Shown one piece after another: positions 6,553 to 15,800 of a stretch of 23,789 nt of DNA. The DNA lies in NCBI GenBank assembly GCA_046758705.1, contig JBHIAT010000040.1, forward strand, positions 1 through 23,789, given 5' to 3'. This DNA comes from Candidatus Bipolaricaulia bacterium. Its GTDB lineage: Bacteria > Bipolaricaulota > Bipolaricaulia > JBHIAT01. Below the pieces are notes generated by a model. The model was not told the DNA's origin and made no database searches. It saw only the letters and a program-made list of their open reading frames with translations. The position numbers and the translations under genes are program-made. Numbering within the stretch: position 1 is the stretch's first letter; the number at the start of each line of letters is the position of its first letter.

Positions 6553-8148
6553 CTATTGCTCGTACCACAGGTCGTGGAAGTAGTAGTAGAAACTCATGAT
6601 GGGCCTGAACGTGAAGCCCTGTACGAAGTCTTGCATGGCGACCCGTAGCGGCATGACGTAGACGAAGATATCGGGCGTGTGCTCATTGATGACCTGTTGA
6701 GCTACATTCATGAGCAGCCCTCGCTCGACCTCGTCCAGGGTGACCCGCTCCTGATCGATCAACTGATCCACCACAGGATCCTGCAGCCACTCCGTGGACA
6801 TCCAGGTTCCGGCAGCTCTCGAATGGTACATGGAATAGAGGTAGGTATCGGGGTCAGGATAGTTGGAAGCGACGGAGATCACCATGATGTTCGGTGTGGT
6901 TTCGACCGTCGTTGCCAGGTCCGTCATCCGTCCCCACGGCTCTACATTGATTTGAAGATCGACGCCCAACTCGGCCAGGTTCTCCTTCAGGCGAAGCGCC
7001 ATCTTCCGGCGATTCTCGTTCCCGGCGGGCAGGGTGAGGCGGATCGGGGGAACATTCGGGTAGTATTGGCTCTGCTTGAGCTCCGTCCGGGCCTGTTCCA
7101 GGTCTTGCTGATATTGAAACACCTGGTCGTTATGTCCTGGGATGGTCAGGGGTATGGGGCCTTTGGCCGGACCCGAGCCGGGTTCGAAGATGTCAAATAC
7201 GCTTTGGTAGTCAAATGCCCAAGCCAGCATCCTTCGGATGTGGATGTCATCGGTGGGTGGAATCTGGGTGTTCAGTTTGAAGGAGAGCTGTTCAGTGGAC
7301 AGGAAGTCGAGCACCTTGACCCCTGAGTACCGATCCATCTCTTGATAGTCGGTGAACGTTCTCCAGTGTTCCACCATGGTCAACTCGCCTCTGCGTATCA
7401 TGGTCTTGACGGTGGCCGTTTCCCGGATGACCAGGGTATGGACCTCGTCTACCGATTGGTCCCCGTTTGGCCAGCCCTCAAAGTAGTCCTCGAACCTTTC
7501 CCAGACGATTTCACGGCCTCGATCCCAGGATTTCAGCATATAGGGGCCGGAGCCGGCATCTTCTGTGGTGGTAACCTCCAGCCATCCGGTGCCATAATCC
7601 CCGAATTCGCCGTATGGACCTGGTTGCATGTGGGCCAAGATCGCATCTTTGCTGACGATAAAGAGCCACGGAAGGCTGGAGACAAACGGAGCAAACGGCT
7701 TGTTCAGGTGGAAGGTCACCGTGTAACGATCATCCACGGTGACTTCATCCATCACATCCGACCACAGCCACGAATACCCGTCTTGAAGGGCGATGATGCG
7801 ATCCATGGTGAACTTGACGTCCTCAGCCGTCAGCGCGCTGCCGTCATGGAATTTGACTCCTCGCTTCAGATTGAAGATATAGGTCAAGCCGTCCGAGCTG
7901 ACGGTCCAACTTTCAGCCAATTTGGGCTCGATCTCGCCCGTTGCAGATGGGAAGACCAACGGGTCGTAGAGGTTGACCATGGCCGTGGACTCCGTATAGT
8001 CGGTGCCGCGACCTGGATCGATGGTTCCAAAGATCTGGATCGCACTCATGACAAAAATGTTCCTTGCCGCAACTTGACTAACGTAACCGAATCCCATCAA
8101 CAAAGCCAGCAATGTAACGACCACAATACCCATGCCCATGCGCTTCAT
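6553..8148 (-). CDS. ABC transporter substrate-binding protein, family 5 (OppA/DppA-like)
   Basis: Signal peptide, LAESWTVSSDGLTYIFNLKRGVKFHDGSALTAEDVKFT family-5 motif, GSGPY. SD AGGAGG. Confidence 0.95.
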   Translation of the reverse strand: MKRMGMGIVVVTLLALLMGFGYVSQVAARNIFVMSAIQIFGTIDPGRGTDYTESTAMVNLYDPLVFPSATGEIEPKLAESWTVSSDGLTYIFNLKRGVKFHDGSALTAEDVKFTMDRIIALQDGYSWLWSDVMDEVTVDDRYTVTFHLNKPFAPFVSSLPWLFIVSKDAILAHMQPGPYGEFGDYGTGWLEVTTTEDAGSGPYMLKSWDRGREIVWERFEDYFEGWPNGDQSVDEVHTLVIRETATVKTMIRRGELTMVEHWRTFTDYQEMDRYSGVKVLDFLSTEQLSFKLNTQIPPTDDIHIRRMLAWAFDYQSVFDIFEPGSGPAKGPIPLTIPGHNDQVFQYQQDLEQARTELKQSQYYPNVPPIRLTLPAGNENRRKMALRLKENLAELGVDLQINVEPWGRMTDLATTVETTPNIMVISVASNYPDPDTYLYSMYHSRAAGTWMSTEWLQDPVVDQLIDQERVTLDEVERGLLMNVAQQVINEHTPDIFVYVMPLRVAMQDFVQGFTFRPIMSFYYYFHDLWYEQ

Positions 8149-8252
8149 AGTTTTTTCCTCCTATCGGTGGATTTTTAGAGATTGGACTTTATACCACCCC
8201 CCTTCAGGTAGGCGTCTTCTAGATCACCTCCTGGGTTGATAGATATTAGAAA

Positions 8253-8283
8253 CAAGATATATCTTGCCCTTCACCTTTGTCAA
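8253..8283 (-). promoter_or_regulatory. Putative promoter of the Opp-like operon with an overlapping 14-bp palindrome
   Basis: Minus strand TTGACA (8283-8278) and -10-like TATCTT at 18-nt spacing. The perfect palindrome CAAGATATATCTTG (8253-8266) covers the -10. Confidence 0.55.
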
Positions 8284-8406
8284 CTATTTTGCAACCCTCC
8301 TGGGCATTTCAATAGATTCAGCTTCTCGAAGCGAGTTGCGCTCGGTGGGCCAAGCAGGTTAATATGCAGTCGCCCAGGGAAACCCAAGGCCAAAGGAGGA
8401 GGGTAA

Positions 8407-9993
8407 ATGGCTGCAGATCCCGCTTCCATCGATGATACTCGAAAGTCAGAGGTCACAAACGAAGAGTCCCTGGTCCGGACGGAGGGCATCTCCAAAGAGT
8501 TCCCCGGCGTCTGGGAGCATCTCATCTTAGATCACATCGATTTCGACGTGTACGCCGGGGAGATTCACGCGCTTTTGGGGGAGAATGGGGCGGGCAAGAC
8601 GGTCCTGGCCAATATCCTCTCCGGTTTCTATGTACCGACCAAAGGTCAAATTTACGTCAACGGCAAGCCGGTCTCGATCAACTCCCCGAAGGACGGCCTT
8701 AAACACGGGATCGGGATGGTTCACCAAGAGCTCATGCTGGCCCGTCCGTTCACCGTCGCTGAGAACGTCGCTTTGGGCCTGACCTCATCCAATTTCTCCT
8801 TCCCGCTTGCCCAGGTCGAGAGGCAGATCCGAGCGCTGTCTGAAAGGTACAGGCTGGGGGTCAACCCCAAGGCCAAGATCGAGGACCTGTCGGCCGGAGA
8901 ACAGCAGCGCGTCGAAATCATCAAGGTCCTTTACTACGATCCCAAAGTGCTCATCCTGGATGAACCGACCTCGCTATTGACGCCGGAGGAGTCCGAAGAA
9001 CTGTTCGTCGTGCTGCGGAAGATGGCTGAGGAAGGATACGGGATTGTGTTCATCACCCACAAGTTCGGGGAAGTGATGGCGGTAAGCGATCGTGTCACCG
9101 TTCTGCGATTGGGGAAGGTGAGCGGGAGGCGGAAGACCTCGGAGACGGACGAGAAGGAGCTGACCCGGCTGATGCTCGGTGAGCGGGTCCCGGTTCACCT
9201 CGAACGGAAACCGGTCCAGTCGGAACGGGTCGTGCTGGAGCTCAAGGACCTTCATGTGCTCGGCCCCGAGGGTGAGCCAGCAGTCAAGGACGTCTCGTTC
9301 TCGGTGCGCGAGGGTGAGATATTCGGGATCGCCGGAGTGGCGGGCAACGGTCAGAGAGAGCTGCTCGAAGCGATCACCGGTTTGCGAGACGTCAAAGCCG
9401 GGCAGGTGATCATCTTCGGAGAGGAGATGACCAACCGTTCGCCGAAGGAGATCATCGACGCGGGCGTCGCCCATATCCCCGAGGAACGCAGGAGATTGGG
9501 CGTCTCTGAGCCGATGTATGTGGCCGAGAACGTCGTTCTAAAGGATTACCGAACCTTGCCATTCTCTAAAAGGTCGATCCTGAACACCTCGTCTATCACG
9601 CGGCACTCGAAGCGGTTGGTCTCTGAATACAGTGTGCTGGTCCCGGATCTGTGGAGGTCCGAAACCCGAATACTTTCCGGAGGGAACATTCAGAGGTTGA
9701 TTCTGGCCCGGGAGACGTGGCGAAAGCCGCCGTTGATTATCGCCGCCCACCCAACCTATGGACTCGATCTCAAAGCGATCAAGCATACCTGGGAACTGTT
9801 CCTGGAACTGCGAGAACAGGGCTCGTCGTTCCTGCTCGTCTCCGAAGATCTGGACGAGGTCATGTCCCTGAGCGACCGCATCGCCGTCATGTTCAACGGA
9901 CAGATCGTGGACGTCGTTGAAGCCGCTGGGGCGAAGAAGGAAGGGATCGGGTTGATGATGGCCGGTGGGAAAGGAGACAGGAAAATCCCATGA
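8407..9993 (+). CDS. Nucleoside/sugar (CUT2) ABC transporter ATP-binding protein, duplicated ABC domains (NupA/YufO-like)
   Basis: GENGAGKT, IGMVHQE, LSAGEQQRVEI, LDEPT, second domain GIAGVAGNGQ and LSGGNIQR. Strong SD AAAGGAGG. Confidence 0.93.
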   Translation: MAADPASIDDTRKSEVTNEESLVRTEGISKEFPGVWEHLILDHIDFDVYAGEIHALLGENGAGKTVLANILSGFYVPTKGQIYVNGKPVSINSPKDGLKHGIGMVHQELMLARPFTVAENVALGLTSSNFSFPLAQVERQIRALSERYRLGVNPKAKIEDLSAGEQQRVEIIKVLYYDPKVLILDEPTSLLTPEESEELFVVLRKMAEEGYGIVFITHKFGEVMAVSDRVTVLRLGKVSGRRKTSETDEKELTRLMLGERVPVHLERKPVQSERVVLELKDLHVLGPEGEPAVKDVSFSVREGEIFGIAGVAGNGQRELLEAITGLRDVKAGQVIIFGEEMTNRSPKEIIDAGVAHIPEERRRLGVSEPMYVAENVVLKDYRTLPFSKRSILNTSSITRHSKRLVSEYSVLVPDLWRSETRILSGGNIQRLILARETWRKPPLIIAAHPTYGLDLKAIKHTWELFLELREQGSSFLLVSEDLDEVMSLSDRIAVMFNGQIVDVVEAAGAKKEGIGLMMAGGKGDRKIP

Positions 9994-11276
9994 ACAACAG
10001 AAAAGTAGTGAAAACCTTGGCGCTCGCCTGGGTCGTTGTCTTAATCGGGCTTGTCCTGCTGGCGGTGCCGGGCGCATCCGCAGAGTCCAAGGGAGAGATC
10101 GTGATCGTCACGCTGCCTCCCGGCAGGGGAGACCTGGGATTCACCGATCTGTCGTTCAAGGGAGCTGAACAGGCGGCCCAGGACTTCGGCCTGGAGGTCA
10201 GGCACGTGTTGGCCGACACGCCCGCGGATATGGTGCCCACCCTAAGCGTGGTGGCAAGACGCCCCAACGTGAAACTCATCATCGGCCCGGATTTCGACTG
10301 GTTGACGCCAATCACTACGTTGGCGCCGCGCTTTCCCGATAAGAACTTCTTGCTCATCGACATCGCCCCTGAGCAGTTCATCCCCAACGTATTGGGCGTC
10401 GTCTACGAACAACATAAGGGGAGCGCCCTGGTCGGGGCACTGGCTGCCTTGCTGGCGATCCATTACGACCAGCCTCACGTCGGCGTCGTCTTCGGCGTGC
10501 CGATCGCGGTGCTGTGGAACTTTGAGATCGGATACAAGTGGGGCGTCGACTGGGGGATCCAATGGTACAAATTCCATTTCCCCGATCAGTTCGCCGCCGA
10601 ACCGATGACGAGCATCGTCCACACACCGAGGAATCAGCGGGTGCTCTGGGAATACACCAACACCTGGACCAGCACGGCCGCCGGGGATGTGAGTGCCACC
10701 GCGATGTTCGAAGAAGGTGCGGTGGCGGTCTACAACGTCGCCGGTTCTACGGGGCTGGGTATTAACACCGCGCTGGAGCGGATCCGCGATGAGCGAGGGC
10801 TCGAGATGGGGCCGCCGTTCGGCATCGGCGTCGACGCCAATCAAGACTGGATCACGCCGGGCTTCGTGATCGCCAGCATGTTGAAGCGGGTCGACCGCAG
10901 CGTCTATGAGGCGGTCCGGTTGGTGGTTGAGGGCAAATTCAAAGACGTTGTGACGAGCGAAGCGGGCCAGGCGGTCCTGGGCATCGGGACGATGCTCGGA
11001 GGGAAACCGGTGACCGGAATTGAGGTGAGCGATCTGTCCCAGCTCGACGAATTCATCGAGTTCGGCAAACAAGCTGAAGCGTTGCAGGGCAGGCGGATCC
11101 TCCCGGCGTCACCGAGCGAGATCCGCAGCCAAGTTAAAGAGATGAGGGAGGGGCAACCGGCCTGGATCTGGGATGCCGTGGCCGAATTGGCAAGCCAGAT
11201 CGAGGCGGGCGAGGTCGCCGTCCCGAACGTTTGGAACAGACCCGACCTGGATCGCTGGCGGGATATCTACGGTTGA
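9990..11276 (+). CDS. BMP/PnrA-family nucleoside ABC substrate-binding protein, copy 1
   Basis: GRGDLGF, VAGSTGLG, IGVDANQDW, SMLKRVD BMP motifs. Signal peptide without a lipobox Cys. ATGA overlap with the ATPase gene. Confidence 0.9.
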   Translation: MNNRKVVKTLALAWVVVLIGLVLLAVPGASAESKGEIVIVTLPPGRGDLGFTDLSFKGAEQAAQDFGLEVRHVLADTPADMVPTLSVVARRPNVKLIIGPDFDWLTPITTLAPRFPDKNFLLIDIAPEQFIPNVLGVVYEQHKGSALVGALAALLAIHYDQPHVGVVFGVPIAVLWNFEIGYKWGVDWGIQWYKFHFPDQFAAEPMTSIVHTPRNQRVLWEYTNTWTSTAAGDVSATAMFEEGAVAVYNVAGSTGLGINTALERIRDERGLEMGPPFGIGVDANQDWITPGFVIASMLKRVDRSVYEAVRLVVEGKFKDVVTSEAGQAVLGIGTMLGGKPVTGIEVSDLSQLDEFIEFGKQAEALQGRRILPASPSEIRSQVKEMREGQPAWIWDAVAELASQIEAGEVAVPNVWNRPDLDRWRDIYG

Positions 11277-11380
11277 TCCCTTGCCCTTGACCGGTGAACG
11301 AGTCGAGCGGCGAATTTGATCAGGTGAGCGGGAAGGTGGCATACTAAGGCTTAATCGTAACTCAAAAGGGGGAGGTTACA

Positions 11381-12682
11381 ATGAACCATGTTCTGGATGG
11401 CAAAGGGGTGGCCAGGACCGTAGCGATCGCCTTGGTCATCACTTTCACTTTGGCAGGGCCCGGCCTGTTCACGGCCGTGGATGGTTTGGCCCAGTCTCCA
11501 GGAGAGATCGTGATCGTCACGGGGCCCCCCGGAAGGGGGGATCTGGGGTTTATCGATCTGATGTTCAAGGGTGCGGAGGAGGCGCAGAGAGACTTCGGTT
11601 TCGAGGTCAGACACGTGCTGGCCGACACGCCTGAGGATTATGTTCCAACGATCAGCGTGGTGGCAAGACGTCTCAACGTGAAGCTCATCGTCGGTGTATT
11701 CGATTCTCTAGAACCGTTTACCATCCTGGCACCGCGCTTCCCGGATAAGAACTTCCTGCTGATCGACGTCACCCCCGATCGGTACATTCCCAACCTATTG
11801 GGCGTGGCCTACGAGCAGCACAAGGGGAGCGCCCTGGTCGGGGCGCTGGCCGCTCTGCTGGCGATCCATTACGACATGCCTCACGTCGGTGTCGTCTTCG
11901 GCAAGCCGATCTCGGTGCTGTGGAACTTCGAGATCGGATACAAATGGGGCGTTGACTGGGCGATCCAGTGGTACAAGTTCCACTTCCCCGATCAGTTCGC
12001 GGACGAGCCGGCGACGAGCATCGTCCACACGCCGACGAATCAGCGGGTGCTCTATGAATACACCAACACCTGGTCCGATCCAGCCGTCGGGGATGTGAGC
12101 GCCACCGCGATGTTTGGTGAAGGAGCGGTGGCCGTCTACAACGTCGCTGGCGGCACGGGGTTGGGGATCAACACCGCGCTGGAGCGAATCCGCGATGAGC
12201 AGGGTCTTGAGATGGGACCTCCGTTCGGCATCGGCGTCGACGCCAACCAGGACTGGCTCACACCGGGTTTTGTCATCACCAGCATGTTGAAGCGGGTTGA
12301 CATCAGCGTCTATGAGGCGGCGCGGTTGATCGTTGAGGGCAAGTTCAAGGATGTGACGGCGAGCGAAGGGAGCCAGGCTATCCTGGGCATCGGGACGATG
12401 CTCGGAGGGAAACCGGTGACCGGGGTTGAGATCAGTGACCTGAGCCAGCTCGACGAGTTTATCAGGTTCGGCCAGCAGGCTGAAGAGATCCAGGGCAGTC
12501 GGATCCTCCCAGCGCCACCGGACGAGATTCGTGCCAAGGTCATCGAGATGAGGGGCAGTCAACCGGCCTGGATCTGGGACGCCTTGGCCGAGCTGAAACT
12601 GCAGATTCAGAGGGGTGAGGTCGTGGTCCCGAACGTTTGGACGCAACCGGCTCTGGAAAGCTGGCGGAGGATCTACGGTTGA
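11381..12682 (+). CDS. BMP/PnrA-family nucleoside ABC substrate-binding protein, copy 2 (tandem paralog)
   Basis: Same motifs as copy 1; the mature part is roughly 80% identical by eye. Own SD GGGGGAGG. Confidence 0.9.
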   Translation: MNHVLDGKGVARTVAIALVITFTLAGPGLFTAVDGLAQSPGEIVIVTGPPGRGDLGFIDLMFKGAEEAQRDFGFEVRHVLADTPEDYVPTISVVARRLNVKLIVGVFDSLEPFTILAPRFPDKNFLLIDVTPDRYIPNLLGVAYEQHKGSALVGALAALLAIHYDMPHVGVVFGKPISVLWNFEIGYKWGVDWAIQWYKFHFPDQFADEPATSIVHTPTNQRVLYEYTNTWSDPAVGDVSATAMFGEGAVAVYNVAGGTGLGINTALERIRDEQGLEMGPPFGIGVDANQDWLTPGFVITSMLKRVDISVYEAARLIVEGKFKDVTASEGSQAILGIGTMLGGKPVTGVEISDLSQLDEFIRFGQQAEEIQGSRILPAPPDEIRAKVIEMRGSQPAWIWDALAELKLQIQRGEVVVPNVWTQPALESWRRIYG

Positions 12683-12746
12683 TCGCTTATTCGCTAGAGT
12701 AGAGAGTGTGTAGAGAGAGGGGGAAGGGGGCATCTCCATCAAGGGG

Positions 12747-13853
12747 ATGCCCCTTGCCGTTGTGGTGGAAAAGGCTCAAATCGATCGACCTCGATCGCTG
12801 GAGACCGTTTTAAAAGCGGCTAGTCACTTCTCAGCGCCGGTCTTGGGGACGGCTCTGTCCATCCTTATTGGACTGGCTGGTGGGGCGGTGCTGATGGCGG
12901 CGTTCGGGCATAATCCGGGGCACGCTTACGCTTCGTTGTTCAAAGGTGGATTCATTGGGACGTTCGAGATCGCTTCGACGTTGGCCCGGGCCGCCCCGAT
13001 TTTGTTAGCGGCGCTGACGTTTACCATCGGGGTGCGGGCACGGATGCTCAACCTCGGCATGGAGGGGCAGGCGTACTTTGGAGCGGTGGGGGCTGTGGTG
13101 ATAGGGGGGGTGCTGACCTTACCCCCCGTTCTACATATTGTGGTCACCATGGCAGTTGCGATGGTCTTCGGTGCGCTGTGGGCGCTTCCAGCCGCCCTCC
13201 TGAAGGTGTGGAGGGGCGTCAATGAGATTTTGTCGACGCTGATGCTCAACTATGTGGCCCTGTTTATTACCACGCTCATCACCGTGAACCACTTGACCGG
13301 ACCGGGTACCGGGGACCGATCGGTGAAGATCCGAGAGAGCGCTCGGTTCTCAGAGCTCGTCGAATTTTCAGGCCTGACGTATGCGATCGTCATTGCGGCC
13401 GCGGCCTGCGTGCTGGTTTACCTGTATCTGTGGCGCACCAAACCAGGGTTTGCGCTTCGATTGACGGGTACCAGTCCGGATGCCGCCCGGTACGCCGGGA
13501 TCAACGCTAAGCGAATCGTTCTGCTCAGCCTGATCGGCGGTGGGCTGTTCGCCGGTCTCGGCGGGGCACTTCAGATCATAGGTCGCCCTCCGCTGTGGGT
13601 GCTGCGTGTCGATATGCTCAATGTGCTCAATCTGGGATGGAACGGAGTCGCCGTGGCACTCATCGGGAGGAGTCATCCCTTAGGCGTGATCCCCGCAGGC
13701 ATATTCTTTGCCGGCCTGTTAAGCGGAGCGAAGATAATGCAGCTGGAGGCGGGCGTCGCCGTTGAGCTGGTGAGCGCGGTCAGAGGCATCATCGTGGTCG
13801 CGTTGGCGATTCCCGGAATCATCGCGTTGGTCCGATGGAGGTTTAAGCGATGA
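12747..13853 (+). CDS. Nucleoside ABC transporter permease (NupB/YufP-like)
   Basis: Hydrophobic; NLGMEGQ, GVNEILSTLMLNY, AARYAGI, VALIGRSHPLG. Confidence 0.9.
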   Translation: MPLAVVVEKAQIDRPRSLETVLKAASHFSAPVLGTALSILIGLAGGAVLMAAFGHNPGHAYASLFKGGFIGTFEIASTLARAAPILLAALTFTIGVRARMLNLGMEGQAYFGAVGAVVIGGVLTLPPVLHIVVTMAVAMVFGALWALPAALLKVWRGVNEILSTLMLNYVALFITTLITVNHLTGPGTGDRSVKIRESARFSELVEFSGLTYAIVIAAAACVLVYLYLWRTKPGFALRLTGTSPDAARYAGINAKRIVLLSLIGGGLFAGLGGALQIIGRPPLWVLRVDMLNVLNLGWNGVAVALIGRSHPLGVIPAGIFFAGLLSGAKIMQLEAGVAVELVSAVRGIIVVALAIPGIIALVRWRFKR

Positions 13854-14851
13854 CGAGGACTCAAATCCCAGCCGTACTGAGGCAGCGGCGGTCTATTCTT
13901 CTGCTTGCCGGTTTCGTCGTGGTCGTGGCGATCGGCATCATCATCGATCGGGTCGGTGCCAATCTGCCCTCGCTGCTCAAGCTGGCGACGTTCGCGATGA
14001 CGCCGTACCTGCTGATGACGGTGGGGATGTGTCTCAATCAGAAAGCGGGCCTAATCAACATCGGGATGGAGGGGACCCTGCTGCTCAGCGCGCTGTTTTC
14101 GGCGTTCGCGGCCGATTACGTGGGGAGTACGTGGGGGGGCGTGCTCATCGGGATGGCGGCAGGCGCTCTGATGGGGTTGATATTCGGTCTCGTCAGCACG
14201 CAGCTCAAGGCGGACCAGATCATCGTCGGGTTAGGCATCATCTTCTTTGCCGCGGGACTCGCGCCGTTCCTGCTGCGCGCTTGGTCGTTGCCCGGACTTT
14301 TCAAGATTCCGGATCAGTTTAGGCTGCCGACCATCTCCACACCGATAGGCCATATTCCGGTGCTGCTGTTTGTGGCGATCGCGATCGCGGTGCTGGCTCA
14401 CCTGCTGTTGCATCGGACGTTGTTGGGGATCAAGATCAAGATCACCGGCGAGCGACCGGAGGCTGCCGACGTCGCCGGGGTGCGGGTGAACCGCATCCGC
14501 ATCTCGATGAGCATGATCCAGGGAACGCTGGGTGGCCTCGCCGGGGCGTTTTTGGTGTTGGGATGGTTTGGATCGGTGACCAACCTGGTTTCGGGTGGGC
14601 GAGGGTTTATCGCGTTGGCGATCACCATATTCGCCGTCCAGGAGCCGTTGATGGCGTTGTTTGGGTCGTTCCTGTTTGGCTTCTTCGAGGGGTTCGCACA
14701 CTGGGCGGCCCAGTCTCCGTTCATGAAGACGTATCTGCCTCCCGAACTTTCCCAGTCGATTCCGTTCATCATCCCCATCATCATTTTGGCCCTCCTGCCC
14801 CGGAGGGCGAGCGGTCCTAGCGCCATGGCCAGGCCCTACATACGGGAGTGA
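13850..14851 (+). CDS. Nucleoside ABC transporter permease (NupC/YufQ-like)
   Basis: KAGLINIGMEG, GERPEAADVAGV, GRGFIALA. ATGA overlap with the upstream gene. Confidence 0.9.
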   Translation: MTRTQIPAVLRQRRSILLLAGFVVVVAIGIIIDRVGANLPSLLKLATFAMTPYLLMTVGMCLNQKAGLINIGMEGTLLLSALFSAFAADYVGSTWGGVLIGMAAGALMGLIFGLVSTQLKADQIIVGLGIIFFAAGLAPFLLRAWSLPGLFKIPDQFRLPTISTPIGHIPVLLFVAIAIAVLAHLLLHRTLLGIKIKITGERPEAADVAGVRVNRIRISMSMIQGTLGGLAGAFLVLGWFGSVTNLVSGGRGFIALAITIFAVQEPLMALFGSFLFGFFEGFAHWAAQSPFMKTYLPPELSQSIPFIIPIIILALLPRRASGPSAMARPYIRE

Positions 14852-15792
14852 ATCAGGTGGAAACGAGTCGCAAGCAGATCATCCTCGATTGTGATCCGGG
14901 GCATGACGATGCGGTGGCCATACTGCTCGCCGCCGCTGCGCAGGAGCTGGATCTCCTCGGGATCACCACGGTCGCCGGGAACTCCTATCTGGAGAACACG
15001 ACGCGAAACGCGCTTTCCCTATGCACGCTGGCCGGTATAGACGTCCCCGTCTGCCCCGGCATCGGACGGCCCCTGGTTCGGGAACAGATCACCGCGCATG
15101 AGGTCCATGGCCCCTCGGGGCTGGACGGAGCAGAGCTTCCTGAACCCAAGCGAAAATCGGGCGAAAACGCCGTCGACTTCATCGCTGACCAGGTGAGCGC
15201 CCATCCGGGCAAGATCACGTTGGTGGCGGTCGGCCCCCTGACCAACATCGCCACCTTCCTGATCCGTTACCCCGAGCTCACTGAGGCGGTGGGGAGCCTG
15301 GTGTTCATGGGAGGGGGAATCGGGTTCGGCAACGTGACCCCTGCCGCAGAGTTCAATATCTACGCGGATCCCGAGGCAGCTGCCGTGGTGTTCAAATCCT
15401 CGATCGAAACGACGATGTTTCCCCTGGATCTGACCCACCAGGTGATGATCGCCGACGCGGAGATCGCCACGATCCGGTCCGCAGGCTCACCGGTCGCAAA
15501 CGCGCTGGCCGATCTACTGACCTACACTTTAAGAACGTGTCAAACCCTGTTTGGGTTGAAGGCCGCGCCTCTGCTGCATGACCCGTGCACGATCATCTAC
15601 CTGACCCACCCCGGTCTGTTTGAGGTCAACCGTTATTGGGGTGGGGTCGAGCTCAAGGGTGAGTACACCTATGGACAGACGGTGGTGGATCGCTGGGGGG
15701 TCACCGGTAGACCGCCAAACATTCAGGTGGCGGAGCGGGTCGACCGGGAGGCGTTCCTGGAGGTTCTGTACGAATTGCTCGGACGTTACTGA
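14848..15792 (+). CDS. Inosine/uridine-preferring nucleoside hydrolase (Rih family)
   Basis: DCDPGHDD Ca-binding motif, TTVAGN, VHG, GPLTNIA, MGG..GNVTPAAEFNIYADPEAA, LHDP. Confidence 0.95.
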   Translation: MNQVETSRKQIILDCDPGHDDAVAILLAAAAQELDLLGITTVAGNSYLENTTRNALSLCTLAGIDVPVCPGIGRPLVREQITAHEVHGPSGLDGAELPEPKRKSGENAVDFIADQVSAHPGKITLVAVGPLTNIATFLIRYPELTEAVGSLVFMGGGIGFGNVTPAAEFNIYADPEAAAVVFKSSIETTMFPLDLTHQVMIADAEIATIRSAGSPVANALADLLTYTLRTCQTLFGLKAAPLLHDPCTIIYLTHPGLFEVNRYWGGVELKGEYTYGQTVVDRWGVTGRPPNIQVAERVDREAFLEVLYELLGRY

Positions 15793-15800
15793 TTGGGTAG

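Noticed and set aside
6679-8178. Long plus-strand ORFs (215 and 278 aa) opposite the SBP
   Set aside because: Antisense shadow frames expected from GC-rich codon bias.
8299-8378. Possible purine riboswitch upstream of the nucleoside ABC operon (CCTGGGC/GCCCAGG pairing)
   Set aside because: It lacks the purine-riboswitch conserved core, and a candidate promoter (TTGCGC-N18-TAATAT, 8336-8365) lies inside it.
10242-12742. Similar minus-strand ORFs (276 and 315 aa)
   Set aside because: Shadows of the two BMP paralogs; their mutual similarity just reflects the duplication.
14370-14390. GCGATCGC (HIP1-like) occurrences
   Set aside because: Few copies, explained by Ala-Ile-Ala codons in hydrophobic segments.
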